In this document: positions 36,298 through 49,490 of the stretch, one piece after another | How the letters are laid out: each line of letters starts with the position of its first letter | Numbering within the stretch: position 1 is the stretch's first letter | Assembly (NCBI GenBank): GCA_965113315.1 | Contig: OZ220371.1 | Strand: one strand, 5' to 3' | Length of the DNA stretch: 64,000 nucleotides | From: Podarcis vaucheri | Taxonomy: Eukaryota | Program-made: the position numbers and the translations under genes | The notes under the pieces: generated by a model | Database searches by the model: none | Told to the model about the DNA's origin: nothing | Seen by the model: the letters and a program-made list of their open reading frames with translations, nothing else

Positions 36298-38639
36298 GCT
36301 ACAAAATAAGACTGGGCTTGAACCTAACCTCCTTAATTACTATCACTACGAATTTGCTTGGGTCAAGAAATAACACTGGTTTTACATATATTTTGACCCC
36401 CCCCCCCAAAAAAAGGTCACATTTGGATGGTTATTCATGAAAATAAATGTCATTTTCATATTGTAGGATTTTTCAGATGTTTCATTCATACCCTAGTATC
36501 ATTCTTATCCTAGCATAACCTGTGTGTCCTTCATTTTCAAAGTACTACAGTACTGACTACCTTCAAACTGTATCTGCAATTTAGATATACGGCTTGCTCA
36601 CTTCGCTCCATAGTCCTTGTACTTGATTCATCAATGTAGCGAATGCCTTTGAGATGTTCAAAGAAAGAAGGTTAATATACGCATGCTTACAATTATTCAG
36701 GGAACAGCAGCAATCCTTTACGACTCTCAATACTCCAAAGAAATGGGATAATGTGCAGATTTCCATCTGTTATTTATCTTCTTGAAAATTGGAGCAAGAG
36801 CATATGTAAACATCTGGGTGGTGACAGCATTATAAATGTGCAGAATTAACACTGACCTGATCCCTCTAGCATTGCAGGCAATCACAAAAATGGCCTTTTT
36901 CCTGCTTGCCAGACAGGGGTCTGTGCCAAAAGCATACATTACACATATAATTTGATTCCACTTTGATACCTCATATTTGTGGGGGCAGTACTTATCTAAA
37001 GCAGTAACTAAAGTACATTTTTGACCATTTTGTTTCATGCACATACTTAACTCTATCACTGAAATCAGTCGGATGTTTTAAAAATGCTTAGTTTCAGCTG
37101 GATAATATCCAGTGTATATTCTCCTTAACTTTTATTTAATAATTTTGAGTTGGGGCCTTCAAACAACCCTGGGTAGGACCTTATATTCTGACTGTCTTCC
37201 TGAATGTCTTCTAGCAGGAATGTTTTACTGAATTTTATCAGAAACAGGACCATCACTACCCTCCTTCTCCTCCTACTTTTCTGGGAAGATATTCAAGGAG
37301 ATTTACACAAAGGGGATGGGAATGTTTAGTACAGAAAGCACTGGGAAAGACTCTGCCTGTCAATGTTAATGGGTGGTTGACAATGAGTTCATTGCCCCAT
37401 GGTCTAATCTATATTTTTAAAAAAAAACACTTTTAAAACAGCAGCACTAAAAATATAGCACTTTAAAAGCAGCTGACCATAAAACAAGGAGATTGTTAAA
37501 TTTTAAAAGCTTGCCAATCCTCACCATCCACAAAAAAGTTTAAACTAGTACCTAAAAAAACCTAGTCTTCAGATGGATGGCATCTCACAGGTTGGGTACT
37601 AACACCCAAAAGGCCCTGTTGCCTGTATACCTATAAAGAAGACTTTTGAGGCATAATATTTGATAGAAATTGTTGTATTTGTTATCTATATAAATAGAAA
37701 ATCTGCAATCAAATTACGAAAGTACAGTCAAGTGGATTATGGATGGGTCTGGTAAGATTGCATCCTTTCAATCCCTTGGGCATGTTCATAGGGGTACTCT
37801 CTAGCTCAAAATAGAAGGAGTGGAACCAAAATATTCCCCTCTAAAGCAGCCTTGGACATGGACATCCTGGCCCTGCTGTCCAACATTTCCCAAAGTGCAC
37901 ATGTCTGGCCAAAAGTGCACTCACCAAAAACCTGCCAACCCAAAGGCAAGGGCAGTTTGCCACCATCCAACCTGGTCTCTCCCTCCTTTCATGCTATGGC
38001 ATACAACAAGATGGAAGTCAACAAAGCTGTATCTGTTGAGTACAACAAGGATGAATGTTGGCTCAGAAGAGATGTTTCAATCAGGCACAGGAGCCAAATC
38101 CTAGGGGTTGAGGTTCCGTCACACACACCCATTAAAATATTTGAGTGTCCCCTCCAAAGTTGATAGGCATTGCCATTCAAACGTTGTGCATGTGCTGCAT
38201 CTCATAATCAATTATGTGGGGTGAGGCTTACCTGCCCACCCAACATTTTATACATGTGGGCACCCTTGCAACCAGGTGATCTTCACATCAATTTGGCCTC
38301 CATTAATCTTCTCAGCATCCTTCACTTTAACTATTAGTGTCTCACACAGTATTAATAGGTAGCCAACAGTAAAATAGGAAGGGAGAGATCATTATCTGTT
38401 TAAATTTTTCATAGCCTACATAGCCTTGCTCTGGAAATATAGTACATTTCAAAAGCCTTACAAGTCTAATTTTGTTCTTGGCATCCATCTGTCCTGAGAG
38501 ACAATGGAAGAGTTCTCCATCAGGAGTAAAGTCAAACCACTGGAGAGTTTCAGCACCTGATGTGGCTGTAGAGACAGGAGAGACATGTTCTACTGCAGCT
38601 AGGGAAGATGACCTACATCTATGGGGCAGATAAACCAGG

Positions 38640-38641
<2 letters not shown>

Positions 38642-38695
<54 letters not shown>
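38642..38695 (+). repeat. (CT)n microsatellite
   Basis: Direct reading. Confidence 0.95.
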
Positions 38696-38697
<2 letters not shown>

Positions 38698-40448
38698 TCC
38701 TCCCAGCAGTCATTTCTCCACCTCACCCTTCCATACAGCTGGCAAAAAATGTTATATTATAGAAAGGACTCCCATTTCGGTCCATCTCCTGAGGCAATTT
38801 TGTTCTGTGGATATGGACGTCCAAGGCTATCAACAGTTGATGGAAAAGATTGTTTTGGTAGGAGGAACAAAAGGGGAGGGGATTAACATCAGTTTGTTAT
38901 TCTGCAGCTGTATGCCAATTATAGATAAAGACAGAAATCTATAGTGGCAGCATCATTATTGTATACCATATAAAGTGTGTGACTTTTTAAATGTAGAGGA
39001 GGGGTGGAAAGCTCCCATCACTCTTCATCTGTTCCATGAGGACCCTACTCTCCAACTCTCCTCTTTTCATTGAGCATTCCAACTTTCCCAGTTCTCTATC
39101 CCCTTCCCAATTTAACTTGGATTCCCACTCCACTTAGTAGCAGTTCTTGTTCTGCCTGGCATTCATATTGACCAGATCTGTAGAAGTCGCCACCCCACCA
39201 CCACATCACTACTACTTTGAAGGTCTGCTTTAAAAATTGGACAAATAATTTTCCCCCCAGCAGTAGATATGATGACCGATAGCATGCTTAGATGAGCATG
39301 GGGAACTCTCCTATTTTCAAAGGTGATTAGAGAATGCATTTTCATGCTCTGGCTATTCCAGTGCAAGGAAATTCCAGAACTATTTTGGTTCCTACCCTTG
39401 AAGCATACTCCAGGACCAACCACCCCTTTCAAAAGACATTGGGGTAGTAATAATGGTGGAGTAATGGTTACCTGTGAAACTCTTGGTCATTCTGGTTCAG
39501 ATTCTGGTCATCCAGATTTCTAAAGCACTCCAAAAATCTGAAAGACCTTTCTGACACTAGTGGACCATGAAATGCATATCCTAGAATGTAATGGCTCTCT
39601 CATTTCACCTTCAGTTCTTTGGTGGAAAGCAAAACAAAGCGATCCTTATCTCCAGTCTATATAACAATGTACTCTTTTATGCTTTCTTTGTAGCATCTGC
39701 TAGAAAGGCAACTGTCAGAGAGGATGTAAGCTGTAAAACAACTGTTGGTTCTCAAGCTAAAGGGATTAGTGGGTTGAAGAAACTATTGGCCTAATGCCGC
39801 TCATGAAAAAGCTAAGATAAAGGTTATGATAGGCCTAACAGCAAAAGAGAGGGAGAGGGAAGGAGAGAGCAAGAGAGAGAGGGAAAATAGAATACAGAAC
39901 AAAATGAGAGTATATTTAATTTAAAGTGCTATTTTCTTCCCATCAGGAAAAAGCAAGAATTTAAAAATAAACCACCATAGGCAGTAGTACGGGCCCATCT
40001 GTTTCTGGGCTTTTGTTTATGTACAATTTTATTGTTTGTCTTATTCATGGATTCTTTATAAATACCCCCAAATCTACCATCTTTAGACAACATTGCCAAA
40101 AATGTGATAAAGTGGATTATATTCGTAAAAACACCCTCAATTCTACCAACAGCTCCTATGTTCAAAACCTCAGAATGATAAACATACTGCATACCACTTT
40201 ATTTACACATTTGCATTTCAGATTGTGACAATAAAAAATACAACACAAAATCACACACGCAATCCAGATCTGCAAAAACCTGCTGTTGTAGTAATATTCA
40301 GTCATAAAATCAGTTCATACACTGGCTCCGCATGTTTCTTTCAGTGGATTTCACCAGCAGCTTATATACAAAAATCCAAGTAAAAATATGTATTTTAAAG
40401 CAAATTCTGGAATGCTGCATGTCAAAAAGAACAGTGAAAAGTTCATTA

Positions 40449-40812
40449 AAGGTAAAGGTAAAGGTACCCCTGCCCAAACGGGCCAGTCTTGCCAGACTCT
40501 GGGGTTTGTGCGCCCATCTCACATTTATTGGCCGGGGGCCAGCGCTGTCCGGAGACACTTCCGGGTCACGTGGCCAGCGTGACAACGCTTCTCTGGCGAG
40601 CCAGAGCCGCACACGGAACGCCGTTTACCTTCCCGCTGGTAAGCGGTACCTATTTATCTACTTGCCCCCGGGGGTGCTTTCGAACTGCTAGGTTGGCAGG
40701 CGCTGGGACCGAGCAGCGGGAGCGCACCCCGCCGCGGGGATTCGAACCGCCAACCTTTCGATCGGCAAGCCCTAGGCGCTGAGGCTTTAGCCCACAGCGC
40801 CACCCGCGTCCC
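40449..40812 (-). mobile_element. Full-length young Sauria SINE (distinct subfamily)
   Basis: Starts GGGACGCGGGTGGCGCTGTGGG on minus and ends (ACCTTT)3; perfect 13-bp TSD gaaaagttcatta at 40436-40448 and 40813-40825. Confidence 0.96.
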
Positions 40813-41439
40813 GAAAAGTTCATTACTAGACAGTAAATGGAGGGTGACTGCTGTTCGCAGGCTTGATTGGGGGCAAAAGCTATCCTCCGTTTTCTTGAGA
40901 CAGCTGTTAGGCTTTTAAGTATCAGAAATACTTAAAAGCCTAAATGGTTCCATGAATCCAGGCCTTCACCCAGGAATCTCCAAAGCACAGCTGGTTTGAT
41001 GAATTGAAAGGAGATGAGCATGGCCACACAGAACTCTTAATTCAGTAGGGACTGAATTTCCAACGAAATCCTGAACCTGTGAATAGTTCATGCACAATGA
41101 TCTTCGGAGTTGCACACTAAGAAGGGCAAAAGCAAAGATGTAGGTGCTATGCTGAGAGCCGTGAAGAGAGATTTGCATATGGCCAATCCAGAATTTTGTC
41201 TAAAATGAAATTCGGTGTGACTTGTTTGCACAAACTTCTATAGGATCACTAGCTACATTCTCTCCAGGTGTTTTGGGCCATTCCAGAAGTGCAAACCCAC
41301 ACTTGCCCCCATCCTTGCTTGTACTGCATCTGATTTCTGTCCAGGTGTTGGGCCAATTTGGTTTTTAATACGAAGGCCATGTTGCATTGTTTGTGTGATG
41401 AAGGCATGCTCTTCTATATACACCCAAAGGGCTCAGATA

Positions 41440-41560
41440 TTGACACGCTAGTTAGAATCTTGCAATGACTGTCTAGTTTTTCATATTGGGAACATTCCCA
41501 ATCCTACCCAGAGATGCTATGGGTTGAACAGATGTTCTGCCACTGAGCTACAGCTCTTTT
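41440..41560 (-). mobile_element. Squam3-like SINE remnant
   Basis: gaacattcccaatcctacccagagatgct...ctgccactgagctacagctc is the reverse complement of a Squam3-type head and body. Confidence 0.55.
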
Positions 41561-42238
41561 CCTATGGTCCAGGAAGAGTCATCTCAGCAAAGTAGTCAAA
41601 AAGAAAAGATTCAATGGACAAGAATTCTTCCTGGGGTACCTGCTGACAGGCAAACACAGATAATTGCTGCAGCACTGCTAGGCATTGAGGAATGTGAAGA
41701 AATCACATTAAATGCTGTTCAATAGTAATTCTATTTCATACTGTGTACATTATTATTATGTTGTATTTTACTACCATCTATTATGCTATTTTGCAACACA
41801 TTCTTATTTATGGTTGCATTAAAGTGCATTTGGGGACTTACGACATTTAACCTACTCATTACCTCTTCCTGTTAATGGGAAATCTTGTTGCCAGCCAGGA
41901 ATATTATGAGAGACAAGAATTTCAGAGGTGTGGATATTGGCAGAGTGGAGCTATAAGACTCAAATTTGCCTAACTTTTCAGGGCCACACATATTTTCATG
42001 TATGAGCTTCACATCAGTTGTGAACAACCTGCAACCCGCTGACACCAGACTTAGAGCATAAGCAAACATACAGTTGGGTTTTTTACAGTACAAAACTGAC
42101 AGAAAACACAGGAGATATTTTAAGCCCCTGTTGGGCTGCCATGTGGGGCTCATGGGTTTCTTTCACCTGGGTAAGCCACAAGTAGGTTTAGAAGCTTATT
42201 TTGGCAGTAAGCAGTACAAGTAAGCAGTACAAGGGAAG

Positions 42239-42609
42239 CGGGTGGCGCTGTGGTCTAAACCACAGAGCCTAGGGCTTGCCGATCAGAAGGTCGGTGGTTT
42301 GAATCCGCCCGCTATGGGGTGAGCTCCTGTTGCTCTGTCCCAGCTCCTGCCAACCTAGCAGTTTGAAAGCACATCAAAGTGCAAGTAGATAAATAGGTAC
42401 CGCTCCAGCGGGAAGGTAAGTGGCATTTCTGTGCACTGCTCTGGTTTCGCCAGAAGCAGCTTAGTCATGCTGGCCACATGACCCAGAAAAACTGTCTGCG
42501 GACAAACGCTGGCTCCCTCGGCCTGTAAAGCGAGATGAGCTCCGCAACCCCAGAGTCGTCTGCGATCGGACTTAACTGTCAGGGGTCCTTTACCTTTACC
42601 TTTACCTTT
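42239..42609 (+). mobile_element. Sauria SINE, near full length
   Basis: cgggtggcgctgtggtctaaaccacagagcc...(accttt)n tail; aagggaag on both flanks (42231-42238, 42610-42617). Confidence 0.93.
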
Positions 42610-42677
42610 AAGGGAAGATAGTCACATATACCAGTTCTTGGGACAGCATACTTCATATTGATCTAATGCACTGGTAG

Positions 42678-42818
42678 TAGGGTTGCCATATTTCAGCAAG
42701 TGAAAATCTGGACACAAAAGTTGAGCTTTCTGGACATTTTGCCAATTTCTGCCAGACATTGCTTCCGACTGCAGTATTCCAGGTATGTCCAGGAAATTCT
42801 GGGCATATGACAACCCTA
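42678..42818. mobile_element. hAT-like MITE (TAGGGTTGCCA TIR)
   Basis: tagggttgccatat / atatgacaacccta. Confidence 0.8.
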
Positions 42819-43019
42819 CAAGTAGTGGCATCTAAACAGAAATCCACAACATTTCCTGCACATAGTTTGCAAAGCTCTCCCTATGCCAAGAGTAGGAATC
42901 ATGTTTTTACAAATCAGTTTAAAATCAGTTTTACCTTAATATTTGCATTCCATTGTGGCTTAGCTCTATGGGGGTGTGTTATGGCTCTCTGTTCTTATTG
43001 TATTGCCCAGGTAAGTACA

Positions 43020-43620
43020 TTCCAAGACCCACAAAAGCAGCAAATGACCAGCCACGAAATGGGTGTTGGGATAAAACCAGTCAATTTTTTATTGACTGAA
43101 GTAGGCAAGTTTCAGGTTGGAATGGCACGGCCAGGATCAGTTCGTCATTCCACTCACTCCATGCTAGTTGAATGGGATCTACTTGCATACCCATCAAATG
43201 CCCTGATTGGATCCTGGAATGTTCTGGTCCCCCTCTCCAGCGCCACCACCTCTGAGCTTAGGGAAGAGGTTGAGACAGTGCTTGCAAACAGACTTCTTAT
43301 AGTGCTGCACACTTGCACGAGTCTGCTGACTTTTGAGAGCGCGTGGCACAGAAAGACATGTCTCCCAATTTTCATCAGCAGAACGTTGGAGGGTATACCA
43401 CTGGCATTGGATCACACCAAACCCATTCCAAGGGAGTCACCCAGTGCTGAACCCTGTTGTTTTGCAAGCCGAACTGGCAAGGTCTCACAGCGTGATGAAG
43501 GTGAGGATTCCAGAAGGGCAGAGACCTGACCTGATCTTGGAGCCAATAAAGGTCAATCCTGCCCTCAAGCCCTTTATGGAAGGCCCCCTTCACTATATTG
43601 ATCCACCACTATACAAACCA
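43020..43620 (-). mobile_element. LTR/terminal-repeat-like element (family uncertain)
   Basis: Minus strand has TATA-like cataaagg near the start and AATAAA plus a GT-rich tail near the end; no credible protein. Confidence 0.35.
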
Positions 43621-45257
43621 GGTTATTCTGCTTAACAATAGGAAGCTATACGTTTTGCTGAGGGAAATGCAAAAAGTCCCCAAGTAAGGGCCAATCTTGT
43701 TGAGAGAGAAAAACAATGTTTTCTGGCTCCATCAACCATCAACTGAGATGCTCAGTGAAGGCTGTAATTCAAGGGTGAATGGGCTGGAAGCTCACAGAGA
43801 AAAACTGGCCATGAACTCTGGTCGAGGAAACCTTAGAAAGGCATTTCTCTTCTCCTTCTCCCCAAACACCCATGGGAGAATTCTGCCCCATGCGCCCACA
43901 GAAACCAGACGTGGGTGGAACTTGCCCCATTTTCAGCTTTACTAGACCTCTTGCTGCTGGTAAAGTCACTCCATGTGGATTAGGCCCAGAAGGGAACTTA
44001 CCTGACTGTTAGAAGGGAACTTACTTTCTCATATGTTCCCCATACCTTGGTAGGGGTTTTCTGCTGTTTGGTGTTTCATTGGATTGTATCTTATATTGTT
44101 TGAATTGCTCACCACCCAGAGAACTAATAAATGTAAGAAAAATATAATCTCTTTGTCGGTAGGATATTGCGTATGAAGCTACCTTTTCTAGATTAAAATT
44201 AAATTAAATTGAGATGTTCAGTAAACCCATATTGGGACTGGGGGAAACTGTATTTATCTGATACAAATAATTCAAAGAAAGTTGAGTCAGAGAGAAAGAG
44301 AGGGAGGGAGATCAGGAGGTGTCAAGTGCTATAAATTCTACTTAAAAATATGAGACTTGGTTTATACTAGCAAAATGTTATGTATATCTTGCCAGGTCCT
44401 AAAACAAAAATCTTCTATTTCTAAATGATTTTCCGAAAGGATGAGTTGACTCACAGATAGCATCAGATTTCTTTGAGAAATCTGATTTTATCCATCTAAT
44501 TTATTGTATTTTTTTATTGTTGAACACCACTATGATATTTGCTAATGTTCAGTAGTCTATGCATTTTCTAGATAAACAAACAGTGAAAACCAAGGAAAAA
44601 GCCCTGGAATACTGCAAAGCTGCATGGTAACATGCTACTACTTAGTGCATAAACCACAGTTGTATTTTGCTTATGATATGGTTATCTCCTAAATGGAGAG
44701 CACTCTCTCGTTATCTGAATAGCCAGCTTGAACTTTCTTTTCTTGACGTTTATGTCCTGTGGTGTGTTTACTGCCCACGGCTTTCGGAAGCAGCCAATTT
44801 CGAAGCCTAGCTGTTTTTGCAGTAAATAAACCAGATGTACTCCCAGGATATCAAAGTATTTGGCATTAGCTGGGGTTTTTTGAAGGGCATTTGACAGTCT
44901 GAGGTTTCTACTGTCATGAACTTGTACTTTACGAATAAAATCCAAATCTAAACTAGTTAAGAATCAGTGTATGCGTGTAATAGGGTGGGGGTCCCCTCCC
45001 TTATTCCTGTTTCTTCCGCCTACTCAATTTTGCACAAAATTCATCCAGTGAGTTAAAAAAACAAACTCAGTTAACTGTTATCTCAAAGCATTTTGTGGTT
45101 ATTTAAAAACATGGAAAGCTAATCCTCATTTTAATTCACACACAGACGCTCTCACTGTGAACATTAGTTTATAAATATCCGAGATGCATCTCCGATTGCT
45201 GACTTCCTCAGACACAAATAAGAGCTTTTGTGCTTGTTAGCCAGGGGCTCCATTGAT

Positions 45258-45392
45258 NNNNNNNNNNNNNNNNNNNNNNNNNNNNNNNNNNNNNNNNNNN
45301 NNNNNNNNNNNNNNNNNNNNNNNNNNNNNNNNNNNNNNNNNNNNNNNNNNNNNNNNNNNNNNNNNNNNNNNNNNNNNNNNNNNNNNNNNNNN
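45258..45392. other. Assembly gap (135 N)
   Basis: Run of n. Confidence 1.
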
Positions 45393-45639
45393 AAATAGGA
45401 AACACTGAAGTCTGCAAATGGTTCAAATCTGATCTCTGTCCAAATCAACTATGAATGAATTCTGTATACACCCATCCATCATGAAGAAAAATCCCAGTTC
45501 CATTCTGGAAGAAAAAGCCTTATTTGTTAGGAAAATCTAACCTGAGCATTACCTGAGATGCCGTGAGAAGGCCCTTCTATAGTTAATGGAAAGATCCAAC
45601 CCGGTACATCAGCAGTTGTTTGCGTGTGAAGACCCTCAA

Positions 45640-46340
45640 AACCACCCCCAAATGAAGACACAATAGACACAGATTTTAGTTTAAGGTTTTTGGCATTAAA
45701 TTTTGGCCACAACTTTATTGATTACAGCATGTGGGTGGTTGCTTAGGCATTGGTTCCAGACTACCTGAACCTGCACGGTGGCAGGAACAGGACTGACACT
45801 TGGGCACCACCATATGTCAGTAAGGTAAAGCATTCTGGGGGAGCGAGGACTCCTTCGATCTCACAGCTCACCCCAGATGCTCCCAGGGGCTCTGGCATGG
45901 CCCTAGCCCCTGGACAGGGTTCGGACAAAAGCAAGGCAAGCCCCTGGATTCCTTTAATGGAATTCCCTAACAGCAGCAGTGGAGGGGCAGGTACAGCCAA
46001 CCATGTCTCCTCCCCAAAACATTGAACCAAATGCCTAACCACCAACCTTACAAAGTTGTGATGATTTGCTACACAGTGGCCAAAAAACCAAGATGCACCA
46101 GCTAATCAGCCAAATGTCAAAATTCCTACCGGGCCCCTGCTCCAAAACAGACGACCCCTAGACAGGCATAGCAAGGCCATAAGAACAACCCTAAATATAG
46201 GGAGAAGAGGGCGGGTGATCGCAATAAAGTAAAACTCTCCAGTGACGTGCAGTAGCTTAAGTAGCCCTTCAGCAGCCAACCCAACTGACCAAATTTCTGC
46301 CCCAGCAACAGAGGGGCAACCAATGGGGTGTTGCGACCAT
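45640..46340 (-). mobile_element. LTR-like/DIRS-Ngaro-like terminal repeat; partial second copy at ~61400-61600
   Basis: Shared tttaaggtt...ggccacaactttattgattacag...gcttaggcattgg at ~45680-45753 and ~61423-61500; AATAAAGTTGTGGCC signal on minus. Confidence 0.55.
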
Positions 46341-46344
46341 CACA

Positions 46345-46590
46345 AACAATGCTGACACCAAACTCTACACACATTAAACATAATAGAAACACCGCCACCC
46401 GACCCCACCCCCATCCATCTTCCCTCTCTCCACCCCCCTTTTCTTCTCTCTTTCTTTTTTCTTCTCCCCCTAATGCCTCAACAAATGAAATGGATTTGTA
46501 AAAATGTTACATGAAAAAAACAAACCAAAAACGAGGCACTACACTTCTGTAAAACAAGAAAATCCTTAATAAAAAATAAAAAAACAAACA
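46345..46590 (+). mobile_element. L1/Tx1-like LINE 3'UTR remnant with A-rich tail
   Basis: C-rich tract then ...tgtaaaacaagaaaatccttaataaaaaataaaaaacaaac. Confidence 0.5.
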
Positions 46591-47358
46591 GTCCCACCCC
46601 ACAACAGTGAGGCAGTTTCTGGTGATCTCACCACAACATGTGCCCTTCACGATGGAGGACCCAACATACAGGGGTGTGGGAAATGTTGAAATCACAAATG
46701 GGAACAATAGACTAATTTGTAAAGATTTTTCTTTAAAGGCATGGCCGTGTCTAATATATTTTCTTAAAGCTCCAAACTCTTAAGAGGCCTTATAAAGAAG
46801 AAGAAAAAAACCCTTCTGCCTACACCTGTTTTAGCATGTCTGGAAGAGGGTTGTCTGAAAACAGTTGTCTTCACTCTTTGGGCTCACCCCACACCCTTTT
46901 CTATGAACATAAAGAGACAATCCCACACCCTATTTAAGTCGTGCCAGTCTCTCAAAAGGAAGCTGTGCTACTTATCAGGCTTTGTTTCCCTTGTTTTAGA
47001 TCTTGAGTCTGGAGGTGGCACCAAACAAGAGATCCAAGGTGTAATTATATACTGGGGACCAGCCTGTATTTTCTCCTTTATTGCAGTTACATCTTCAGAA
47101 GTTTTTTGTTTGCTTTTAACCCGAGGGCGGGTGATGGAAGAATTCCGGCGAGTGCTTTAGCAACGCTGCCTCTAGGACACACCCACGTGGATGTTCTCTG
47201 CCAAATATTTCACTTCCCATGGAAAGATAAGTCTGTCTCTCTCTTCTAATTAAAGTATTCATCTGTTTAAGGACTTCAAAACAAATCCAAACACACAAAC
47301 ACACACTACTTGGAAGCAAGCCTCATTGATCTCAGTGGGAATTACTTAACACAATGTC

Positions 47359-47362
<4 letters not shown>

Positions 47363-47399
<37 letters not shown>
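47363..47399 (+). repeat. (GT)n microsatellite
   Basis: Direct reading. Confidence 0.95.
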
Positions 47400-47400
<1 letters not shown>

Positions 47401-49394
47401 CCTTTTACACATAAAAGGAAGTACAGACAAGAGTAAAGAACCATTGTTAGAACAAATAAGGGAGGCATGCTACAGTCAGCTTAATGCCATGCAGAGCTAA
47501 CAATGAACTGAAATCCTGCATTGGAGTGCCACCGAAACTCATTGAACTTGGGCCCCAACTATGAACTTTTGGAGAATCATAATATTTACATCAAATAAGA
47601 AGTCAGCGTTAGAAGCCCTGAGGGTCTTTGAGACTCGTTGGCTGAATAAAGAGACGGACACACAAACTCAGCTGAACTACAACCAATTTGATTGAAAATT
47701 AAAACCCATATGAGATCTTGCAGAAACATTATTGGTGCAGGAGCAAACTTGAACCTTTTAACTGGGCTTTGCTACACTGTGTTCACCTTGGGGGAGATGT
47801 GATAGCATAATGGCCAGTCACTCTCATAACAGTTTCCATTTTCCTGCGAAGTCCATCTATACAACATCAGTCCAAGTAACCAATTTCTACTCCCAGCTTT
47901 TGTCTCCAAAGCAATTGCATAAGGATAGGTTAAATTTTGGCCGGTTCCTTAAGTAAAATTAGGTGTCACACTATTCAGACAGAATGGTGTTCTAACTGTA
48001 TCCCTAACATTGCTGACACTGACAGATGGCAGTGGCTGTCTAGCCAATTACAGCCCAGTGTAGATTTAATCTGTCTCAATGTCTTCATAGTTGTGAAGAA
48101 AAAGATTCTGGACTTTCTTGATTCTGACCTATTCAAGTGAAAATCAGCGGGTAATAAATTACCTGCTTTCAAGCTTAACTAGAAAGGCAACAAGATTAAG
48201 ACTTTGAAGGTGCCTATCACCAAGGCTCACCGTGATACATAACCACATTTATCATCATAATCTCAACATTACAGACTGAGAGTTCAGCTTCTTTGGGGAA
48301 CTAAAAGCAATTAAAACTATACTAGAGTCATTTGCTTTACCCACTGTTGCTGTGGAAGACCTATGGGTCATTTTCCAGCATTCTTACAGCCAGAGAGATT
48401 GCCCTGATCTCAACTTGCAGCTGAGGCCTGAGCAAAGTACAACCCTGTAGCAGTTCTCCTTGTTGTGGTCCATGGGGTGTGCACAACTGATGGGAGGTGA
48501 TAGTTGAAGGGATGGAGATTGATAGTGAGGCCGGGCAAGGCAAGGCAAAGAAAATATCAGCAGCTTGGAAGGAGATCAAGTTACATGGTCAGAACCACAG
48601 ATAGTGCTTCTGAAGCTGTGGGCAGATAGCCAGGGTGTCTCAGCAAGGTCCTGAAGCAGTTGGCTGAGTTTTATAGCAGGGTTAGGCCATCACTGACTGG
48701 AGGTTTCACCCACCCACTCCCCAGGTGCTGCCTTCTGCCTGGTTAAAGGGCAGTGTTTTCTTCTTGCAGACATTGGCTTCTTCAAGGTAATGGAATTTAA
48801 AGCTGTGGAGATTTCTCTTCAGGCCTCTCATGATCACCTGAGGTGTCTGTGGATCAGCCATCAAACTTGATGGCACAGGTGTCACTCCAGGCTCTGTGGA
48901 GAGAAAGTCCAGTGTCCTTGGACCAACATGGGACAGACAAATAAATATCCCTCTCAAAGCTCCAGCTGATGGAGGTCTCAGAACACTAAGGAGTCCTGGT
49001 TTGAGGCCTTGTCACACTCACGTTTTTTGTTAAAATGCTACACATTTCTTTACTGATTCAGTATTGATCACTTTGTACATTGCCATCACGTGATTTCACA
49101 CTTTGTCCATTCTGATGCAGCTAATTTTTCAAAAGACTCTGTCTATCCACATGAATCTCTGTATACACAGTTCTAGGAAATTCTAGGAGCAAGGTAGCTG
49201 AAGGACATACAAAAAGTGGCACAGACCAGAAACAGACTGGTTCTGATTTGGGATAAAGCAAATTGAACTAAAAATCTATTGCAGATCAACCTTTCTCTGT
49301 GACTGAGTTTACATGCTTCTCTTTGTAGTCCTCTGTCCCTCCCTCTGTGTCCATTATTTGCTCCCATTCACATCTTCCTTCAGAACAGGGACGG

Positions 49395-49490
49395 GGTATT
49401 TGTTGGACTACAACTCCCACCATCCCTTATCATTCACCAGTCTGATTGGGACTGATGGGAGCTGAAGTCCAACAACATCTGAAAGGGTTC
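49395..49490. mobile_element. Degenerate hAT MITE core
   Basis: gttggactacaactcccaccatccc...gggactgatgggagctgaagtccaacaacatctg. Confidence 0.7.

Noticed and set aside
42759-43529. 256-aa ORF
   Set aside because: Starts at a non-ATG codon inside a MITE and runs through an LTR-like repeat; no recognisable domain.
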